Shown here piece after piece: positions 6,598 through 15,364 of a stretch of 38,575 bases of DNA. The notes under the pieces are model-generated. The model was not told where the DNA came from and searched no databases. It worked only from the letters and a program-made list of their open reading frames with translations. Where the stretch lies: positions 1 to 38,575 of the IMG/VR virus record IMGVR_UViG_3300024520_000210; one strand, given 5' to 3'. Every line of letters begins with the position of its first letter. The stretch's first letter is position 1. The position numbers were made by a program, and so were the translations under genes. The stretch is from a virus. Its lineage: Duplodnaviria > Caudoviricetes.

Positions 6598-9554
6598 CAA
6601 TAATAGATGAGCTCAACACTAGACTAACAATAGATGAAGTATTACACTTTTTACCAGAGCTAAAGAAAAATGGAAGCAATTATGTAGGTAAGTGCCCTTC
6701 CGGGCACGAAAGTAAATCAGGCACTAGTTTCCAACTTAACACTATAGAGCCTACTTTCAATTGTTTCAACTGTGGGATTCATGGAAGCTATATACATCTA
6801 GTTGAGCTAATTAAGTTTGGCACATCATCATCAGGAAAAGGGGGCACTCAATCATTTAAAGAAACTTTAAAATTCTTGGCAGACAAATACGCTCTTAATA
6901 ATGATCGTCAGGAATATGACAGAAATGAGGCCGTGTTCGACATTATTGAGTGGGTAATCGAAGACTATCATAATCAGCTACAAACTAAATCACCGGGTCT
7001 TATTGGTGGAATTCAAAAGAAATACGGATTAACTGAAGAATTTATTAATCGTGAAAAGTGGGGCTATGGACATGACTGCCCGTCACAAAGAGCTAGTGAG
7101 TTCTGGTCAATTGAGGAGATTTTAAGCACAGGACTTTTTAATAAATCAAGTAAAAGCCGAACTGGATTATTTCATATATATCACAACCGGATCGTAATCC
7201 CTTACAACAACTTAGGTAGAGTCAGATATTCAATAGGAAGAAAGACAAAGAAAACAAGCCCGTGGCCAGACGGAAGAGAAGCCCCAAAATATTTTAAGCA
7301 GTACATCAATAGAGAAAACCGGCCATATGTATCAACAGCTATTAAAAATGAAATTGTAAGCTGCAACAAAGATTTTAATGAAATCATTATAACCGAGGGG
7401 ATCACCGATTACTTAGTAGCTAAGATGCATAATTTAAACGCGGTATCAGCTGTGACTACATCTTTTAAAAAGGATGAATATCAAAAGGTGGTTATGTTTT
7501 GCGGGAAATTTAAGAAAGTATTCATAGCGAATGATAATGATGATAACGAGGCTGGCCAGAAAGGTACTAAAAGAATTTGTGAGATGCTTATTGATGCTGG
7601 CATTAATCCTTTTGTTGTACTACTTCCTCGCAATGATGGTCAAGATAAAGTTGATTTAGCTGAGTTTGTTAATGATAACGGTATTGAATCGTTTTATAAT
7701 ATAAAAAAAACAGCTGTCAATTATATTGAGTTTCTTATAAACGAAATACCAGCAGATATCGACAAATCACTTCTTATTGATCGCTTAGAACCGGTAATTA
7801 AGTTACTAGCTAAGCAACCAAAGGCAATGGTTGAGATTTTCATAATAGATAAGATTAAGAACAGATTTAAATTGTCATCTATGAAGGCTCTGTTAAAATC
7901 TATAAAAGATAATGTCGAGTCTATTCAGATAAGTCTGCCTATTAAAGAAATAGGGGATAAAAAAGATTCAGGGAAAGACAAGACTCTAGATATATTTAAA
8001 AACAATTCAATAGATATAGATATGATAAGCAGCGGACAAGATTATAAAGATGGTGTTCTTTACTATACGATTACAAGGCCTCACCAAGTTACAGATAAGG
8101 CTGGGATTATAAGGATAGTCAACAAACCCTTTCTGGTTACTTCAGAAAAAAAGATTATAGAAATACAGGATGGGCAGATAATAACAGACGGCTTTGCATT
8201 GAGCAGAAGGATATCTCCGGAAACTAAATTCGAGGCCTGGTCTTTCAAGTGTTCTGCGAATTCAATAGAGTCATATATAACCGGAGAAACGCATGTCAAC
8301 CCATCTAAATTATATGAGAAAATAAATACGCTGATAGGTAAACATGTTCATTTTAATCATAACTACCAAAGAGACTTCCTCTCTGTAGCTGTAATGACTT
8401 GGCCACTATATATGATATTCAACGCTATTGGTTATATACACTTGTGGGCCGAGAAAAGATCTGGGAAAACAACCGTGATGGACATACTAAAGATGATTGG
8501 ATTTAATTCAATGCTCAGTTCATCTATGACAGATGCAGCTATCTTTAGATCAATAGAGACTTCTCGGCCGCTGCTTTTAATAGATGAGGCTGAGAATCTA
8601 AACCCGTCAATGAAAGCTAAGGAGAATGGGCAGTCTGAGAAAATAGAGTTACTGAAGTCCGGTTATAAAAAGAACGGTAGCGCAACAAGATGCGAGGGGC
8701 AATCTAACGCTGTAATGACATTCAGTAATTATGGACCTAAAGTTTTCGCTGGCACTAAAAATGTGGACAGCATTCTGGCTGACAGGATAATTCTAATTGA
8801 AATGAAAAGAGCATCAGAAGGGACAAAGATTGAGGAGCTAATCGATGCTAAAGTGCAGGATAAGACAGATGAAATCAGGAACGAAACATACTGCTACGCA
8901 ATGCAATACGCTAAATCTATTGAAGAGATATACCTTAACGAGATGGATAAATACAAAGATGTTTTATCAAAGCATAAAGTTACTTTTAGATCTAAAGAGT
9001 TGTGGACACCGTATCTATGCACGGCATTATTGATAGATAAGCACAACCCATCTTTAAATGTATTTCAGAGTTTACTCGATATGGCTGAAGATGAGATAAA
9101 GACAAAAGAGACCTTTGGTGGAGATAGTAAGTCAATGGAGATAATTGAGCAGCTATATCTATGGATTAAAAGGATCGAAGATAATGAGTTCCCCGAAATG
9201 ACCTTTCTGCATGAAGGAGACGTTTTTACTAGAAAAGGATTAACCGATAGCTTTATAAAGAAAGTCTTGAAAAGTGATGAAAACGAGGATGACTATAGCT
9301 ATGTCAATTACCAAAACCTGAAACAAACATTAAGAAAATACAATGTGATTGATAAGGACAGCGACTTAAAAAACTATAAGATAGGCAGTCGCCGAGGAGC
9401 CGCTCTACTGATTGATAAACAACGATTACTGAAATCTTTATCTACATATAAAAACAACTTTGATGAGGATGTATTACCAGACATTCAGGCATACAGGGGA
9501 GTTACTGAGACTGAGATAAAAGAGTTTTCATTTGAGAAGGAGGGAATAGACTAA
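6594..9554 (+). CDS. Primase-helicase fusion (CHC2 Zn finger, DnaG-like TOPRIM, P-loop ATPase)
   Basis: CPSGH..CFNC; TEGITD and ANDNDDNEAG TOPRIM motifs; Walker A AEKRSGKTT and Walker B LLLIDEAE. Confidence 0.88.
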   Translation: MTIIDELNTRLTIDEVLHFLPELKKNGSNYVGKCPSGHESKSGTSFQLNTIEPTFNCFNCGIHGSYIHLVELIKFGTSSSGKGGTQSFKETLKFLADKYALNNDRQEYDRNEAVFDIIEWVIEDYHNQLQTKSPGLIGGIQKKYGLTEEFINREKWGYGHDCPSQRASEFWSIEEILSTGLFNKSSKSRTGLFHIYHNRIVIPYNNLGRVRYSIGRKTKKTSPWPDGREAPKYFKQYINRENRPYVSTAIKNEIVSCNKDFNEIIITEGITDYLVAKMHNLNAVSAVTTSFKKDEYQKVVMFCGKFKKVFIANDNDDNEAGQKGTKRICEMLIDAGINPFVVLLPRNDGQDKVDLAEFVNDNGIESFYNIKKTAVNYIEFLINEIPADIDKSLLIDRLEPVIKLLAKQPKAMVEIFIIDKIKNRFKLSSMKALLKSIKDNVESIQISLPIKEIGDKKDSGKDKTLDIFKNNSIDIDMISSGQDYKDGVLYYTITRPHQVTDKAGIIRIVNKPFLVTSEKKIIEIQDGQIITDGFALSRRISPETKFEAWSFKCSANSIESYITGETHVNPSKLYEKINTLIGKHVHFNHNYQRDFLSVAVMTWPLYMIFNAIGYIHLWAEKRSGKTTVMDILKMIGFNSMLSSSMTDAAIFRSIETSRPLLLIDEAENLNPSMKAKENGQSEKIELLKSGYKKNGSATRCEGQSNAVMTFSNYGPKVFAGTKNVDSILADRIILIEMKRASEGTKIEELIDAKVQDKTDEIRNETYCYAMQYAKSIEEIYLNEMDKYKDVLSKHKVTFRSKELWTPYLCTALLIDKHNPSLNVFQSLLDMAEDEIKTKETFGGDSKSMEIIEQLYLWIKRIEDNEFPEMTFLHEGDVFTRKGLTDSFIKKVLKSDENEDDYSYVNYQNLKQTLRKYNVIDKDSDLKNYKIGSRRGAALLIDKQRLLKSLSTYKNNFDEDVLPDIQAYRGVTETEIKEFSFEKEGID

Positions 9555-10042
9555 TGAGTTTTTTCGACTCTCCTGAGTTTAAATTTCTAAAGAAGTTAAG
9601 AGACCATCTTGAGAAATTAAACACAGAAAATAACTATGATAAATATCAGAAACATCTAGACTTATGCAGGAATGCGGCAAAAGAAAGGTATGATAATATT
9701 GGGTGGCGTGAAGATTTAGGGGACTATGCCTGGGCTATATATGACGAATCTAAGTTTGGCAAGAGAATGGTTTGCTTAGGTGACTTTAATGATGTTTCAT
9801 TTTATCCTGGTCAAACACTATACATGTCTCAAGACTTTACTTGCATGTCACTTAAGGATCAGAGTGGTAAGGTATGGAAGTATACAGAAGAAGAAACTAG
9901 AGAGATAAAAGACTATGATATTAATAGTTTAAAAAAGATACATAATGTAAAAATGGAATTCGAAGGGAGTATTATCAGTGGCGATGAAAAACGAGAGTTT
10001 GTTGCAAAACACAATAAAGAAAAAGTTAAACGATTTAGATAG
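9554..10042 (+). CDS. Hypothetical protein
   Basis: 162-aa ORF coupled by TAATG to primase. Confidence 0.75.
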   Translation: MSFFDSPEFKFLKKLRDHLEKLNTENNYDKYQKHLDLCRNAAKERYDNIGWREDLGDYAWAIYDESKFGKRMVCLGDFNDVSFYPGQTLYMSQDFTCMSLKDQSGKVWKYTEEETREIKDYDINSLKKIHNVKMEFEGSIISGDEKREFVAKHNKEKVKRFR

Positions 10043-10274
10043 GAGTTTCTTTTTTAAAGTTCACGGAGGCCCGATGCAAATGGCCGGCATATCAGATTTA
10101 GTGGGAATATATAAAGGAAGGTTTGTGGCAATTGAAATTAAGACACCGGAGAATAAGAAGGGGGCGACTAAGCTTCAGCAGTGGTTTATTAAGAAAGTTA
10201 ATCATTGCGGCGGTATTGGGTTTGTTGCTCGTAGCAGTGAAGAAGTGTTTGAGAAAATGGAGGTTTTGATATGA
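9984..10274 (+). CDS. VRR-NUC domain nuclease (PD-(D/E)xK, resolvase-like)
   Basis: ESLLQ..GISDL..FVAIEIKTP..QQWF..GGIGFVARS; ATG 9984 or GTG 9978. Confidence 0.88.
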   Translation: MKNESLLQNTIKKKLNDLDRSFFFKVHGGPMQMAGISDLVGIYKGRFVAIEIKTPENKKGATKLQQWFIKKVNHCGGIGFVARSSEEVFEKMEVLI

Positions 10275-10585
10275 ATAAAGAAAACAAAGAAAACGATACT
10301 AAGGGTTCAATATTAGAAACAGCAAAGATGATTACAGAAATTGCAAGTAATCATCAGTATGGTCATCCAAAGACAAACTTTGAAAATATTGCAAGGTTCT
10401 GGAACGCTTACTTAAATAACAAGAGTGGGATGCCAGAAACGTTTAAGGTCATTGACTCGAAGGACGTATCGATGATGATGACCTTACTTAAGATCGCTAG
10501 AGAAATGTCAAAACATAAAAGAGATAATTTAGTAGACGCTGCTGGCTATATTCGTACCGCAGCAATGATTGAAGGAATAGAATAA
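10271..10585 (+). CDS. DUF6378-like phage protein
   Basis: YGHPKTNFENIARFWNAYL..DVSMMMTLLKIAR..DNLVDAAGY pattern recognised from memory. Confidence 0.75.
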   Translation: MNKENKENDTKGSILETAKMITEIASNHQYGHPKTNFENIARFWNAYLNNKSGMPETFKVIDSKDVSMMMTLLKIAREMSKHKRDNLVDAAGYIRTAAMIEGIE

Positions 10586-10586
10586 A

Positions 10587-11027
10587 ATGATTAAAAAAAT
10601 GCTACTGTTAATATTAATTGGGATACTTGGTTCGTCATTAGTAAATTCAGCGGATCTTAACAAAGATGCTTTCATACAATTTAGCCCCAACATAAAGCTA
10701 GGTAAGTATGAGAATGGTAATTACTTCTTGGATTTTGTACCGGCTAAAGTTTACTGGAAGGTAAACGATAAAGTGTCCTTTTACGGAGAGGCTAGTGTAG
10801 GGTTCACGGCTCCTCGTAGTGGAAGGTTTTTTAATATGAACCACTACACAAATAGACTTACATTCAAAACTACATACCGGCCATATGGAGACTTAGGATT
10901 CTTTGTAGAGGCTAACTTCTCAAACATAATACCAGGCAGCTCAGACGATGTTACCTATTTCAGAACAGGTAACTATCAGGCCATTGGCGTAGAGATTACT
11001 TCAATTAATTTCTATCGATCTAATTGA
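10587..11027 (+). CDS. Secreted beta-strand-rich protein, possible small outer-membrane beta-barrel
   Basis: Sec signal peptide MIKKMLLLILIGILGSSLVNSA; alternating amphipathic aromatic strands (VSFYGEASVGF, LGFFVEANF, YQAIGVEI). Confidence 0.55.
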   Translation: MIKKMLLLILIGILGSSLVNSADLNKDAFIQFSPNIKLGKYENGNYFLDFVPAKVYWKVNDKVSFYGEASVGFTAPRSGRFFNMNHYTNRLTFKTTYRPYGDLGFFVEANFSNIIPGSSDDVTYFRTGNYQAIGVEITSINFYRSN

Positions 11028-11052
11028 CAGGTGTCATAACATTGTACATAAT
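11024..11052 (+). promoter_or_regulatory. Near-consensus sigma70 promoter, probably leaderless
   Basis: TTGACA (11024-11029), 17 nt spacer, CATAAT (11047-11052); ATG 6 nt downstream. Confidence 0.75.
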
Positions 11053-11061
11053 GATGTTATG
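11035..11061. promoter_or_regulatory. Operator-like inverted repeat CATAACAT-N11-ATGTTATG
   Basis: Perfect 8-bp inverted repeat flanking the -10 box and covering the start codon of the RHH gene. Confidence 0.6.
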
Positions 11062-11199
11062 AATAAAACAGATTATTTTTACATGAGAATAAGTAAAGCC
11101 CAGAAAGAACTTGTCAAGAAATTGGCTAAAGAAAAAAGCATGTCTATGACACAATATGTCTGGCATTTAATAACAAAAGATAAGGAGAATAATATATGA
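11059..11199 (+). CDS. Ribbon-helix-helix regulator (46 aa, not in ORF track)
   Basis: MNKTDYFYMRISKAQKELVKKLAKEKSMSMTQYVWHLITKDKENNI*; classic RHH pattern; ATGA coupling to next gene. Confidence 0.75.
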   Translation: MNKTDYFYMRISKAQKELVKKLAKEKSMSMTQYVWHLITKDKENNI

Positions 11200-11573
11200 A
11201 TACGCAATTAACACTCAGGGAAATCAGAAACGCTTTAGGATCATTCATTGAAATAGGGAAGAAAGATGGATTGTCTTTTGACTTTAATTACAGAGTCGCA
11301 AAGATATGCAAAGTAATTGAGCCTATTGTTAAAACATATGAAGAGTCTTTAACTAAGTTCTTAGAAGAGAATGGTACCTACAGTAAAGAAAGTGGTGGAA
11401 AAAGATTAGACACGAGTAATGAAAAACTAATGCTTAGTTTTAATGAAGCAAACAAAAACCTTTTGAATGAATATTTTGAATTTTACATAGAAAAAATACC
11501 ATTAAAAATGTTTTCTGATTACGATATTCCTGCTGCTAATATTAGAGCGATTCTTTGGGCGATTAGGGAATAA
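11196..11573 (+). CDS. Conserved-type phage helical protein (DUF1617-like)
   Basis: AAGGAG SD; FNYRVAK..IEPIVKTYEE..LEENG pattern recalled from phage proteins. Confidence 0.55.
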   Translation: MNTQLTLREIRNALGSFIEIGKKDGLSFDFNYRVAKICKVIEPIVKTYEESLTKFLEENGTYSKESGGKRLDTSNEKLMLSFNEANKNLLNEYFEFYIEKIPLKMFSDYDIPAANIRAILWAIRE

Positions 11574-11616
11574 TATTATTTTATCTATATTTACTTAGAA
11601 AGGAGGTGATTTAAAT

Positions 11617-11745
11617 ATGATATATAAATTTGATGTAGCTATTATGTACTTGTCTAAAATAGCTGTGTCAATGATTTTGCTTTTACTGATTGTCGGGACT
11701 ATCTTCCTTATCGATTTCCTTTGGAAAAAGTGTACTAAACGATAA
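11617..11745 (+). CDS. Small single-TM peptide (42 aa, not in ORF track)
   Basis: Very strong SD AGAAAGGAGGTGAT; MIYKFDVAIMYLSKIAVSMILLLLIVGTIFLIDFLWKKCTKR*; overlaps 3' end of convergent gene by 63 nt. Confidence 0.65.
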   Translation: MIYKFDVAIMYLSKIAVSMILLLLIVGTIFLIDFLWKKCTKR

Positions 11746-13644
11746 GTCCTGCAATATCTGCTTAGCAGCTTCACTCTTAACTCCTGTAGATAAAGCGCCT
11801 TCTGAAAACTGCTTTACTATGGGGGTTAGAGTGTTGGCAACTTGAGGTGACCACTTAGCTAGTCCAGCTAAATTTATTGCTGCCATAACCGGTATTCCCG
11901 CTTGGCCAAGACCCACAGATGTCAGCACAGCCCCCGCTGAATTACCAGCTATAAATAATCCGAGCATATCCTTTGAAGGATCTAAAAATCCTCCCTGTCC
12001 AAGATCAAGGGCTATCTTCGCCACCTTGCCCTCTGCTTTTTTAATAGATCCTTTTCTAGACTCTAGAACCGACTTCCGACTCAAAAGCTTTGCATAGTCA
12101 GGAGTCGACTTTAAACTTTTCTCTACAAACTCAGATAGCTTAATTGCCTCATCTTTATTTACGCCAACAGCAATTAGATCTTTTTTTATTTTGGATCTCT
12201 CTATTGCCGAAGTGGTGACCTTTATTAGAGAGGAATCAATTTCGTCAGCTAACCCCACTAGCTCATCTATACCTGTATTTCTCAATATTTTAGATTGATT
12301 AATTAACTTAAGTGTTTGTTTACTGCCTATGTCAAAAACACTCTCCCCAGACTGAATTGCTTTTAATGCATTTTTAGGATTAACTTTAAAAAACTTAGAT
12401 CCAGATGTTTCTGCATTTTTAACTAGAGTCTTAATATCAGCCTGTAAAATATCTTCTACATTCTGAAGACCTGCATTCCCAGCCTTTAATAGATCATCCC
12501 TAAATAAACTATTTGATTTAGTTAAATTTATAGCTTCTCTATATTGCTTATCAAGAGCGCTCGTCGCACCGTCAGTAACCTGATTAAGTTTTAGACTTAT
12601 ACCATTTACAGTATCAGATAAGTTCTCGGCCAAAGCTCCACTAGCTTCACCTCCTCTATTGTATAATTTTCTAACTTGACTCTTTAAAGCTCTATTTAAA
12701 GCGATAGAGTTTTTAACAGTAATTGGTTTATTAACATCTAACTTTTTTAGAATGTTTTCTATAGGCTTCATTGATTGAAAAATTATAGGGTCGGTTGAAT
12801 CAACTAATCTTGATAAACCATTTATGTCATTAGATAGATCAATAGATCTTTTACCAAATTCTTTTTCAATAGAATCGTATCCAAGACCAATGGTTTTTAA
12901 AGACTTATTGGATGCGTTAGCAATTTTCTTTGCAGCAATAGCTGACTCAGAATCAACAATGGTTGTTAATTTGTTTATAGCCCCCTCCAATGGAGCTGTT
13001 GAAGGGGATGCTGCTGGCGGCAATTTCTTAAATGCTTCTGCTAATTTTAATTTAGCAGAATTTATAGATCTCCCCAAACCATCTAATTCAGATTGAACAA
13101 CCTTTTTAGACAGAGCAAGCTTTTTCGGTATTGTACTAAACACCTGGTGTTTTTTAGCTAAAGATTTTACTCCCTTCAAAATTGGACCTTTCAAAAGCTT
13201 TCCTGCGCCAAATGTAGCTGTATCTGCAACAATACTAAATGAAGATTCCAAAGCCGCCCTTTTTAATTTTTCTTTTCCTGAAAATTCTTCCCCTCCAAAA
13301 AAGTCCTGTAAAGAGTCACCTAAGAAACGTCCAGCACCTGAGCTAATTGCGCCACCTGCCGCAGCGCCAATCAGAGTGCCGAGGCCTGGCGCTATAGCCG
13401 TACCCAATGAAGCCCCAGCAATAGACCCTGCAATACCGCTAACCACAGGTGCTGACCCTGATATAAATTTCTCTGTATTTGTAAAAGGGTCATCTACTTC
13501 AGCCCCTTCTAGATTGATAGGAGATGACTCAATGTTATCAGTCGATGTTAATTCCTCGCCTGCATCCTCGTCAAAAAAAGTTATCTTTCTTTCATTAATA
13601 TTTACCTCACCATCATCACCATCATCTATAAATGTTATAGCCAC
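11683..13644 (-). CDS. Putative internal virion/ejection protein
   Basis: 653 aa, helical, Gly/Ala-rich hydrophobic segments near both ends; last gene of podovirus structural operon. Confidence 0.6.
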   Translation of the reverse strand: MAITFIDDGDDGEVNINERKITFFDEDAGEELTSTDNIESSPINLEGAEVDDPFTNTEKFISGSAPVVSGIAGSIAGASLGTAIAPGLGTLIGAAAGGAISSGAGRFLGDSLQDFFGGEEFSGKEKLKRAALESSFSIVADTATFGAGKLLKGPILKGVKSLAKKHQVFSTIPKKLALSKKVVQSELDGLGRSINSAKLKLAEAFKKLPPAASPSTAPLEGAINKLTTIVDSESAIAAKKIANASNKSLKTIGLGYDSIEKEFGKRSIDLSNDINGLSRLVDSTDPIIFQSMKPIENILKKLDVNKPITVKNSIALNRALKSQVRKLYNRGGEASGALAENLSDTVNGISLKLNQVTDGATSALDKQYREAINLTKSNSLFRDDLLKAGNAGLQNVEDILQADIKTLVKNAETSGSKFFKVNPKNALKAIQSGESVFDIGSKQTLKLINQSKILRNTGIDELVGLADEIDSSLIKVTTSAIERSKIKKDLIAVGVNKDEAIKLSEFVEKSLKSTPDYAKLLSRKSVLESRKGSIKKAEGKVAKIALDLGQGGFLDPSKDMLGLFIAGNSAGAVLTSVGLGQAGIPVMAAINLAGLAKWSPQVANTLTPIVKQFSEGALSTGVKSEAAKQILQDLSFSTLFPKEIDKEDSPDNQ

Positions 13645-15131
13645 TAGTCAATCCTCGCGCGCCTATATTTACCTCGATCAAATATATAAACAACAGACCC
13701 TTTTGGAATCCCTGACGCCTCAGCCTCTTCCAAAGATTTAAATCTTTGGGCTGAAGCAAAATCTAGCTCTTTAGATATTTTAGACATCATAGATCTATCT
13801 TTAATTAAAGCCCCTTTTCTATCTGAAATTAAACTTAATAATGAAGTTACTATTTTTTTATTATAAGGTAAATTACCTTTCAGCATAGGCAACGCTTTTT
13901 CAATAAGCTTTATATCCCTATCAGATTGAGCCCCTACATTCTTAGCCAGATTTCTTGCTGTAAAAGGAGTTATTACACTTTTTATTGTATTAAACTCAGC
14001 TAACAACGGATCATTCGGCGCTAATGTATTTTGAAGGTCTGCAAGCCTACCCTGAATTGCTCCCAATTTACCAGATCTATCTAACTTTAATACTATAGAA
14101 TTTAATTTTACTATTGATTTTTCTATTGGTTCTAAGGCATTAATTTCAGCCTGGATCTTAGGTATATCTTTACTGTCTATATCTAATTTTCTAGTTTGAA
14201 ATTTTTTAATTTTACTTTGAGCTATATCACGCTCTCGCTTAATAGCATCGGTTTCTAGCTGAAGTTTATTGAAATCTGACTTTCTCTTTTTAATCTCAGA
14301 AGTCAATGTAGATTGACGACCTTTTATCAACTCATCTTTTCCAATTTCAGATAAAGATTTTATACCAGAGAAGTTAGTGGGATTACCATTTTCATCTACT
14401 CCGAATGTACCAATAAACTTACCGCTTTTATCTGGTTCACCATCTTCATTTATTAAAAAATCTTTTAACCTTAAAGATGACTTACCTTCAGATTTAATTG
14501 CAGATTCTCTCGCTTCCTGAATTGCAGATTCATTAGACTGAAGTGATTTACCGGCAGCGAATAATGGAGACTTACTATCTCCTGATTCAGCTTGCCCAAT
14601 AGCTGTCCTTTGAACAGCTCCTAAAATAGAACTTTGTGGAGCTAATGTAGTCAAGCTCATATACTTATTTGGTTTATTAATACCAACCCCCCTTAATTGA
14701 TCGAGAGTTTGCTGGGGCAGAGGAGTCCCAACGGGTAACGCGCTTAATTGTTTTGTTAACATTTTACGCCTAGCTGAGTTTGGCGCTAAAGAATTAAAGT
14801 ATGTCTCTCTATTAAGACTTGGGAGCAATCTCTGTGCATTTTGAAAAGTTTCTTCAGAGAATAATTCTTCAGGAGACAAATCTCCAAGTCTATCCATCAA
14901 AGTGTTTAAATTGCTTTGAGCATTAAGTGCCTGAAATTCTTGGTCCTTCTTTTCAGATAACACCTGCATATGATCTACATTGGCCTGTAATGATTTCTCA
15001 ATTACTGTCTGAGCTCCTGCTGCCCTAGCCGCTCCCGCAGCTTTTGAATTCTTTTTATTCTTAACCTTATTTTCGGCTGTTGGTGTTAGCAGGTCATTTT
15101 CTTGGTTAATTGAGGCTAATATACCTGTCAT
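13644..15131 (-). CDS. Putative internal virion/ejection protein
   Basis: 495 aa helical; GAQSDRDIK..ALP motif and IPKGSVVYI tail typical of ejection proteins; position. Confidence 0.6.
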   Translation of the reverse strand: MTGILASINQENDLLTPTAENKVKNKKNSKAAGAARAAGAQTVIEKSLQANVDHMQVLSEKKDQEFQALNAQSNLNTLMDRLGDLSPEELFSEETFQNAQRLLPSLNRETYFNSLAPNSARRKMLTKQLSALPVGTPLPQQTLDQLRGVGINKPNKYMSLTTLAPQSSILGAVQRTAIGQAESGDSKSPLFAAGKSLQSNESAIQEARESAIKSEGKSSLRLKDFLINEDGEPDKSGKFIGTFGVDENGNPTNFSGIKSLSEIGKDELIKGRQSTLTSEIKKRKSDFNKLQLETDAIKRERDIAQSKIKKFQTRKLDIDSKDIPKIQAEINALEPIEKSIVKLNSIVLKLDRSGKLGAIQGRLADLQNTLAPNDPLLAEFNTIKSVITPFTARNLAKNVGAQSDRDIKLIEKALPMLKGNLPYNKKIVTSLLSLISDRKGALIKDRSMMSKISKELDFASAQRFKSLEEAEASGIPKGSVVYIFDRGKYRRARID

Positions 15132-15364
15132 TACACTAAGCCTTTAGTTATTGTATTTGTAATAGAATCCAGGGAATTAGTATCAGGTCTCTGATTTAAT
15201 GATCCCTTTGACTTCTTGAGAAGCCCTATGAAATTCATGAATGCAAGCTGCTTTTCTTTTGGATCTTTAGCTGTAGCTACAGATTTAAATTTCATTACTA
15301 TATCCTTTTGCTCAGGACTCATATTTTTTAACATGTCATTTAAAGATTCTTTATTATCTGGCAT
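15131..15364 (-). CDS. Hypothetical protein
   Basis: ATG 15364 with GAGGGAG SD preferred to TTG 15382. Confidence 0.65.
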   Translation of the reverse strand: MPDNKESLNDMLKNMSPEQKDIVMKFKSVATAKDPKEKQLAFMNFIGLLKKSKGSLNQRPDTNSLDSITNTITKGLV

